Positions 58,171-64,000 of a stretch of 64,000 nucleotides of DNA are shown piece after piece. Each line of letters begins with the position of its first letter. The first letter of the stretch is position 1. The translations under genes were made by a program, and so were the position numbers. Origin of the DNA: an uncultured Thermoleophilia bacterium (GTDB taxonomy: Bacteria; Actinomycetota; Thermoleophilia; UBA2241); NCBI GenBank assembly GCA_963715985.1, contig CAVQSP010000015.1:64001-128000 (forward strand). The letters are read 5' to 3'. Below the pieces are notes generated by a model, which searched no databases, was not told where the DNA came from, and saw only the letters and a list, made by a program, of their open reading frames with translations.

Positions 58171-59670
58171 ATGACTCTCAGGACGCCCGAAGAGTTCATC
58201 CAGAGCATCGCGGACCTGCATCTGCAGATCTACCTCTTCGGCGAGAAGGTCGACGACTACGTAAGGCACCCGGTCATCCGCCCCAGCATCAACTGCATCG
58301 CCATGACGTACGAGCTGGCGCAGCAGCCCGAGTACGAGGACCTCATGCTGGCCACGAGCCACTTGAGCGGCCGCAAGGTCAACCGCTTCAGCCACATCCA
58401 CCAGTCCACCGACGACCTCTCCAAGAAGGTCAAGATGCAGCGCCTGCTGGGCCAGAAGACCGGCTCCTGCTTCCAGCGCTGCGTGGGCATGGACGCCATC
58501 AACGCGCTGTACTCCGTCACCTACGAGATCGACCAGGCCAGGGGCACCGACTACCACGCCCGCTTCAAGGACTACGTGCGCTACCTGCAGGACAACGACC
58601 TGGTGGCGGATGGGGCCATGACCGACCCCAAGGGCGACCGCTCCCTGGCGCCGCATCAGCAGCCTGACCCCGATGTGTACGTCCACATCGTGGAGAGGCG
58701 CGACGACGGCATCGTGGTACGCGGCGCCAAGGCGCACCAGACGGGCGCCTGCAACTCACACGAGATCGTGGTGATGCCGACCGTGGCGATGCGCGAGGGC
58801 GACGAGGACTTCGCCGTGAGCTTCAGCTGTCCGGCCAACGCCGAGGGCGTGTACTACATCTACGGCCGCCAGAGCTGCGACACGCGCAAGCTCGAGGAGT
58901 CGGACCTGGACGTCGGCAACATGCGCTACGGCGGCCAGGAGGCCTTGATGGTCTTCGACGACGTGTTCGTGCCGTGGGAGCGCGTGTACATGTGCGGAGA
59001 GATCGAGTTCTCGGGCGCGCTCGTGGAGCGCTTCGCCGGCTTCCACCGCCAGAGCTACGGCGGCTGCAAGGTCGGCGTGGGCGACGTGCTCATCGGCGCC
59101 GCCGCCCTGGCCGCCGACTACAACGGCGTCGCCAAGGCCAGCCACATCAAGGACAAGATCATCGAGATGACGCACCTCAACGAGACGCTGTTCTCGTGCG
59201 GGCTGGCCTGCTCCTACGAGGGCGTCAAGATGCCGGCGGGCAACTACCAGATCGACATGCTGCTCGCCAACGTATGCAAGCAGAACGTGACGCGCTTCCC
59301 CTACGAGATCGCGCGCCTCGCCGAGGACATCGCCGGCGGCCTCATGGTCACCATGCCGTCGGCGCAGGACCTCGCCGACGCCAAGCTCGGCCCCATCGTG
59401 GAGAAGTTCCTCGCCGGCTCCTGCGACACGCCGACCATCGACCGCATGCGCGTGCTGCGCCTCATCGAGAACCTCACCATCGGCGCGGGCGCCGTCGGCT
59501 ACCGCACGGAGTCCATGCACGGCGCCGGTTCGCCGCAGGCCCAGCGCATCATGATCGCGCGCCAGTCCAACCTGGACCACAAGAAGGACCTGGCCAAGGC
59601 CATCGCGGAGGTCGGCAAGCCGTGGGCCAAAGAGAACGTGAAGAAGCCCACGGCCGTGCCCGCCCACTAA
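58171..59670 (+). CDS. abfD: 4-hydroxybutyryl-CoA dehydratase
   Basis: Fe-S ligand motifs CFQRC (CX3C) and HRQSYGGC (HX6C), plus GAMTDPKGDR and ESMHGAGSPQAQ. Confidence 0.93.
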   Translation: MTLRTPEEFIQSIADLHLQIYLFGEKVDDYVRHPVIRPSINCIAMTYELAQQPEYEDLMLATSHLSGRKVNRFSHIHQSTDDLSKKVKMQRLLGQKTGSCFQRCVGMDAINALYSVTYEIDQARGTDYHARFKDYVRYLQDNDLVADGAMTDPKGDRSLAPHQQPDPDVYVHIVERRDDGIVVRGAKAHQTGACNSHEIVVMPTVAMREGDEDFAVSFSCPANAEGVYYIYGRQSCDTRKLEESDLDVGNMRYGGQEALMVFDDVFVPWERVYMCGEIEFSGALVERFAGFHRQSYGGCKVGVGDVLIGAAALAADYNGVAKASHIKDKIIEMTHLNETLFSCGLACSYEGVKMPAGNYQIDMLLANVCKQNVTRFPYEIARLAEDIAGGLMVTMPSAQDLADAKLGPIVEKFLAGSCDTPTIDRMRVLRLIENLTIGAGAVGYRTESMHGAGSPQAQRIMIARQSNLDHKKDLAKAIAEVGKPWAKENVKKPTAVPAH

Positions 59671-59731
59671 TGCACGGGAGAGCTATTGAGCGATCGCCGG
59701 CGCCGAAGGCGCTTTGGCGGACGGACTGACG

Positions 59732-60109
59732 ATGGAGGGGGAGGCACGCACAGCGCCTGAGCCTCAGGTCAAGCCTGAGTCCGGCCGGGATCCCGCGAAG
59801 AGAGCGGACGTCGTCTACTGCGGCGGCTGCAACCCCCACATCGACCGCACGGCCGTCGCGGCGGAGCTGCCGCTCGACGATCCCGACATACGACCCGGCG
59901 CGACCGTGCACCTCAGCGGGTGCCCGCGGGCCTGCGCCTCGGACCATCAGCTGACCGGCCGGCCCGGCCACGACGATGCGCACGAGTCCGGGGGCGCGCC
60001 CCCGGACGACGCCCCCGTCGTCGTGATCGTCGCCGGCGAGCTGGTCGACGGCGTCCCCACAGCCGCCGCAGAGCTCGCCCCGGCCGTCACGCGCAAGCTC
60101 AAGGAGTGA
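59732..60109 (+). CDS. Small Cys-motif hypothetical protein (YCGGCNP...GCxxAC)
   Basis: Fills the abfD to CoA-transferase gap and has four clustered cysteines. Confidence 0.72.
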   Translation: MEGEARTAPEPQVKPESGRDPAKRADVVYCGGCNPHIDRTAVAAELPLDDPDIRPGATVHLSGCPRACASDHQLTGRPGHDDAHESGGAPPDDAPVVVIVAGELVDGVPTAAAELAPAVTRKLKE

Positions 60110-60114
60110 CGGGG

Positions 60115-61425
60115 ATGGAGTGGAAGACGGAGTACGACCGCAAGCGCACGTCGGCCGCCCAGGCTATGGAGTGCGTGAAGTCGAGAGACCGGGTGGTGTT
60201 CGCCCACGCCTGCGGCGAGCCGCTCGATCTGGTGGACGCGCTCGTCGCCCGCGCCGGCGAGCTCAAGGACGTTGAGATCAACCACATGGTCGCGATGGGC
60301 AAGGGCGAGTACTGCCGGCCCGAGCTCGCCGACTCGTTCTTCCACAAGTCCCTGTTCGTCGGCGCGTCCTCGCGAGGAGCCGTCAAGGAAGGTCGCGGCG
60401 ACTACATCCCCGTCTTCTTCAGCGAGATCCCCAAACTGTTCTGCGAGGGCTATCTGCCGCCCGACGTGGTCCTGATCCACGTCTCGCCGCCCGACAAGCA
60501 CGGCTTCTGCTCCTTCGGCATCTCGGTGGACTACACCAAGCCCGCGGCCCAGGTGGCGAAGACGGTCGTGGCCCAGGTGAACCCCAACATGCCGCGCACC
60601 CACGGCGACTCGTTCATCCATGTCTCCGAGATCGACTTCATCGTCGAGAGCGAGCAGCCGATCATCGAGCTCCAGCCGCCGGCGATCGGCCCGGTCGAGG
60701 AGGCCATCGGCAAGCACATAGCGGGCCTCGTCGAGGACGGCTCCTGCCTGCAGCTCGGCATCGGCGGCATCCCCGACGCGGTGCTCCTCTTCCTGCACGA
60801 GAAGAACGACCTCGGCATCCACAGTGAGATGTTCAGTGAGGGTGTCGTGGACCTCTACAACGAGGGCGTCATCACGAACCGCAACAAGGCGATCAACCGC
60901 GACAAGATGGCGGCGACCTTCCTGATGGGCACGCGCCGCCTCTACGACTTCGTCGACGACAACCCGGCCGTCAACATGTTCCCGGTGAACATCATCAACG
61001 ACCCGTACCTCATCGGCCAGAACGATCGTGTGGTGGCCATCAACTCGGCCATCCAGGTCGACCTCATGGGCCAGGTCGTGGCCGACGCCATGGGCGCGAC
61101 GCAGTTCACCGGCATCGGCGGCCAAGTGGACTTCGTGCGCGGCGCCGCCCGCAGCCGCGACGGCAAGGCCATCATCGCCCTGCCCTCGACGGCCAAGAAG
61201 GGCACCGTGTCGCGCATCGTCGCGGCCATCGCCCCCGGCACCGCGGTGACCACGATGCGCGCCGACGTCGACTACATCGTCACGGAGCACGGCGTGGCGC
61301 ACCTGCGAGGCCTCGGCCTGCGCGAGCGCGCCGAGGCCCTCATCGGCATCGCCGACCCGGCGTTCAGAGACCAGATCCGCGAGGAGGCGGCCGCCGTCTA
61401 CGGGCCCGGCCGCCTGGCTCGCTAG
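60115..61425 (+). CDS. cat2: 4-hydroxybutyrate CoA-transferase (acetyl-CoA hydrolase/transferase family)
   Basis: SPPDKHGFCSFG, MPRTHGD, LQLGIGGIP, GIHSEM, GIGGQVDFVRGA, VTEHGVA. Located next to abfD. Confidence 0.88.
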   Translation: MEWKTEYDRKRTSAAQAMECVKSRDRVVFAHACGEPLDLVDALVARAGELKDVEINHMVAMGKGEYCRPELADSFFHKSLFVGASSRGAVKEGRGDYIPVFFSEIPKLFCEGYLPPDVVLIHVSPPDKHGFCSFGISVDYTKPAAQVAKTVVAQVNPNMPRTHGDSFIHVSEIDFIVESEQPIIELQPPAIGPVEEAIGKHIAGLVEDGSCLQLGIGGIPDAVLLFLHEKNDLGIHSEMFSEGVVDLYNEGVITNRNKAINRDKMAATFLMGTRRLYDFVDDNPAVNMFPVNIINDPYLIGQNDRVVAINSAIQVDLMGQVVADAMGATQFTGIGGQVDFVRGAARSRDGKAIIALPSTAKKGTVSRIVAAIAPGTAVTTMRADVDYIVTEHGVAHLRGLGLRERAEALIGIADPAFRDQIREEAAAVYGPGRLAR

Positions 61426-61523
61426 CGACCGCAGGCACAACAGCGAGCGGGGCGCCGGAGGCGCACCGCTCACTAGCGACCGATGGCACGATAGCGAGCG
61501 GGGCGCCGGAGGCACACCGCTCA
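61422..61523. repeat. Two imperfect 51-bp direct repeats, each containing a hairpin
   Basis: ctagcgacc...agcgagcggggcgccggaggc(g/a)caccgctca at 61422 and 61473. Confidence 0.8.
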
Positions 61524-61552
61524 GCAGCACCTACACGGAGGAGTACGCAGTC

Positions 61553-62818
61553 ATGGACCACGTTCACAACGAACCCGAGCCGCGCGTCTTTTCGGCACAG
61601 GCCGGCGGTCAGCAGGTGGAAGGCCGGCGCGTGGAGCGCAAGATGCGCATCCACCGCCAGCCCAAGACCCTGATCACGGGTCTCGGCGCCCTCGAGCAGC
61701 TCGGTGTGGAGGCCAAGAAGCTCAACGGCTCCAAGGTGCTCGTCATCACGGACAAGGGCGTGAGCGAGTGCGGTATGTGCGTGGACGTCGAGCGCCCGCT
61801 CGTGGACGCCGGCCTCGAGGTCTCCTTCTACGACGAGGCCGTCCCCGAGCCGCCGATGAGCACCATCGAGGAGATCGTGCGCGTGGTCGAGAAGGGCGGG
61901 TACGACCTCATCGTCGGGTTCGGCGGCGGCTCGCCGATCGACGTGGCCAAGGCGGCGGCGGTCCTGCCGCATACCGGTGACACGGTCTACGACTACGTGG
62001 GCATCGACATGGTGAAGCGCAAGGGCCTGCCGATCATCGCCGTGCCCACCACCGCCGGCACCGGCTCGGAGTGCACGGCCATCGCCATCTTCGCCAACGA
62101 GAAGCTCAACGTGAAGCAGGGCCTCGTGAGCCCGTTCCTCATGCCCAACGTGGCCCTCATCGACCCGGCCCTGACCCTGAGCTGCCCGCCCAACGTGACG
62201 GCCGCCTCCGGCATGGACGCCCTCATCCACAACATCGAGGCGTACATCTCCGTGAACGCGACCATGCACACCGACTCGCTCGCCTACGAAGGCATCAAGC
62301 TGATCAGCGCCAGCATCCGCACAGCCGTGTACGACGGCGGCAACATGTGGGCCCGAGACAGCATGGCGATGGGCTCCATGATGGGCGGTATCGCCTTCGG
62401 CAACGCGGGCGTGGGCGCCGTGCACGCGCTGTCCTACCCGATCGGCGGCATGTTCCACGTGCCGCACGGCGTTGCCAACACGATGGTGTTGCCGTGGGCG
62501 ATGGAGTACAACATGCTCGCCTGCCTGCGCTGGTTCAAGCAGTTCGGCGAGGCCATGGGCGAGAACATGATCGGGCTCTCCGACCGCGAGGCCGCCGAGA
62601 AGACCGTCGCCGCCCTGCGGCTGCTGGCCGACGACCTCAACGTCCCGCAGTACCTGAGCGACGTCGGCATCCCCGAGTCCGCCATCCCCGACCTCGTGGA
62701 GGGCGCCAAGACCCAGGTGCGGCTCTGGAACAACAACCCGCGCAAGTTCACGCCGGAGGACATGGAGCAGGTGTACCGCAACATGGCCGTGCGGCCGGGC
62801 TCGAAGCCCGTGCAGTAG
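61553..62818 (+). CDS. Iron-containing alcohol dehydrogenase (probable 4-hydroxybutyrate dehydrogenase)
   Basis: GGGSPIDVAK, PTTAGTGSE, DALIHNIE, HALSY, PHGVAN. Start codon uncertain. Confidence 0.88.
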   Translation: MDHVHNEPEPRVFSAQAGGQQVEGRRVERKMRIHRQPKTLITGLGALEQLGVEAKKLNGSKVLVITDKGVSECGMCVDVERPLVDAGLEVSFYDEAVPEPPMSTIEEIVRVVEKGGYDLIVGFGGGSPIDVAKAAAVLPHTGDTVYDYVGIDMVKRKGLPIIAVPTTAGTGSECTAIAIFANEKLNVKQGLVSPFLMPNVALIDPALTLSCPPNVTAASGMDALIHNIEAYISVNATMHTDSLAYEGIKLISASIRTAVYDGGNMWARDSMAMGSMMGGIAFGNAGVGAVHALSYPIGGMFHVPHGVANTMVLPWAMEYNMLACLRWFKQFGEAMGENMIGLSDREAAEKTVAALRLLADDLNVPQYLSDVGIPESAIPDLVEGAKTQVRLWNNNPRKFTPEDMEQVYRNMAVRPGSKPVQ

Positions 62819-62823
62819 AAGCA

Positions 62824-62880
62824 ACGCGCGAAGGGCGGGCGGGGCGGCCGTGAAGGCCGCCCCGCCCGCCCTTCGCGCGT
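62824..62880. terminator. Bidirectional hairpin between convergent ADH and ltaE
   Basis: Perfect 26-bp stem acgcgcgaagggcgggcggggcggcc / ggccgccccgcccgcccttcgcgcgt. Confidence 0.75.
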
Positions 62881-62907
62881 ACGCGGCCGGCCTCGGCGGA
62901 GGGTCGC

Positions 62908-63948
62908 TCAGCCGGCGCCGAGCGCCTCGGCAACGCCGGTGAGTGTCGCCTCGATGTCTTCGTCGTCCAGGTCGAGGTGTGTGACGAGGCGTACCGACCA
63001 CGGCCCCTCATCGAGGCACAGGATGCCGCTTCCGGCGAGCTTCGCGACGAGCTGAGCCGCCGTCATCCCCGTGGCCCTGGTGCCGGCGAAGACCATGTTG
63101 GTCTGGGCCTTGGCGAGGTCCACCTCCAGGCCCGGGATCTCGGCGAGCCCCTCGGCCAGTCGGCGGGCGCGGCGGTGGTCGTCGGCCAGGCGATCGACGT
63201 TGTGATGCAGGGCGTAGAGCCCGCCGGCGGCGATGATGCCGGCCTGCCGCATGCCGCCGCCGTAGATCTTGCGCGCGCGGATGGCCAGACGCATGGTGCC
63301 TTCGTCGCCCACCAGCACCGAGCCGATGGGCGCGCCGAGCCCCTTGGACAGGCAGATGCTCACCGTGTCGAAGAGCTCGGCGTACTGGGCGCACGAGATG
63401 CCGGTGACAGCCACGGCGTTGAACAGGCGCGCGCCGTCGAGGTGCAACTTGAGGTCGTGCCGATCGCAGAAGTCGCGCACGGCGAGGATGTGCTCCATCG
63501 GCAGCACCACGCCGCCGCAGTGATTGTGCGTCTGCTCGAGGCAGACGAGCCGAGTCGGCGCCCAGTGCACGTCGGCGTCGGTGTGGACGTACTCCTCCAT
63601 CTTCTCCAGGTCGAGCGTGCCGTCCGGGGAGTCGAAGACGCGCATCTGCACCTGGCTGAGCGCGGATGCCGCGCCCTGCTCGTAGAACTGGATGTGCGCC
63701 TGGGCGTGGAGGAAGACCTCGTCGCCGCGCCGCGTCAGGGAACGGATGGCCGCCTGGTTGCACATCGTCCCGGAGGGGAAGTACAGCCCGGCCTCCTTGC
63801 CGAGCAGCCGGGCCGCATACTCCTCGAGCGCCAGGACGGTCGGGTCGTGGCCGAGGACGTCGTCGTCCACCTCGGCCTCGAACATGGCCTGCTTCATCGC
63901 GGCGGACGGCCGCGTGACCGTGTCGCTGCGGAGGTCGATAGTCTTCAT
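62908..63948 (-). CDS. ltaE: Low-specificity L-threonine aldolase
   Basis: IDLRSDTVTRP, SGTMCNQ, HLDGARLFNA, CLSKGLGAPIGS, GGGMRQAG. Confidence 0.94.
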   Translation of the reverse strand: MKTIDLRSDTVTRPSAAMKQAMFEAEVDDDVLGHDPTVLALEEYAARLLGKEAGLYFPSGTMCNQAAIRSLTRRGDEVFLHAQAHIQFYEQGAASALSQVQMRVFDSPDGTLDLEKMEEYVHTDADVHWAPTRLVCLEQTHNHCGGVVLPMEHILAVRDFCDRHDLKLHLDGARLFNAVAVTGISCAQYAELFDTVSICLSKGLGAPIGSVLVGDEGTMRLAIRARKIYGGGMRQAGIIAAGGLYALHHNVDRLADDHRRARRLAEGLAEIPGLEVDLAKAQTNMVFAGTRATGMTAAQLVAKLAGSGILCLDEGPWSVRLVTHLDLDDEDIEATLTGVAEALGAG

Positions 63949-64000
63949 GTCACCTTCCTTGCGGAGACCGGGGCCTCGTGAGGCTATACCCGCTGTGGAC

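Noticed and set aside
58171-59670. 4-hydroxyphenylacetate 3-monooxygenase (HpaB), or evidence of autotrophic CO2 fixation
   Set aside because: CX3C and HX6C ligands indicate AbfD, and no carboxylase or other cycle genes are in the window.
61422-61523. Two 51-bp repeats as a mini-CRISPR
   Set aside because: Only two contiguous imperfect copies, no unique spacers and no cas genes.

Overview
High-GC (about 70% by eye) bacterial DNA, most consistent with an anaerobic or facultative actinobacterium (Thermoleophilia-like; inferred from gene content, not confirmed). 1-22 kb is mainly amino-acid metabolism: serA, a class-V aminotransferase, a degenerate second serA, ilvD-ilvB-ilvN, ilvC, trpB and a trans-sulfuration enzyme. 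It also has SulP, MerR/TipAS, an AlkZ-like glycosylase and DUF302-trxA. 22-25 kb holds a broken adenylate-cyclase/AAA gene joined tail-to-tail to a truncated OppA gene. 25-55 kb is a cell-envelope island: O-antigen-ligase/TPR protein, initiating sugar transferase, many glycosyl- and methyltransferases, Wzm/Wzt, an IS110 element with a probable bridge-RNA leader, a papain-family protease with near-identical 660-bp repeats, and three tandem secreted Ig-rich proteins sharing a basic C-terminal domain. The best candidate for an undescribed system is this island, read as an S-layer-like protein glycosylation and anchoring system. 56-64 kb has a divergent P-II with gdhA, opposite a 4-hydroxybutyrate cluster (abfD, small Cys protein, CoA transferase, Fe-ADH), then threonine aldolase. 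Many accessory genes carry frameshifts that look like long-read indel errors, so pseudogene status is uncertain. No rRNA, tRNA or CRISPR array was seen. All family calls come from motif recognition by eye, not database searches.
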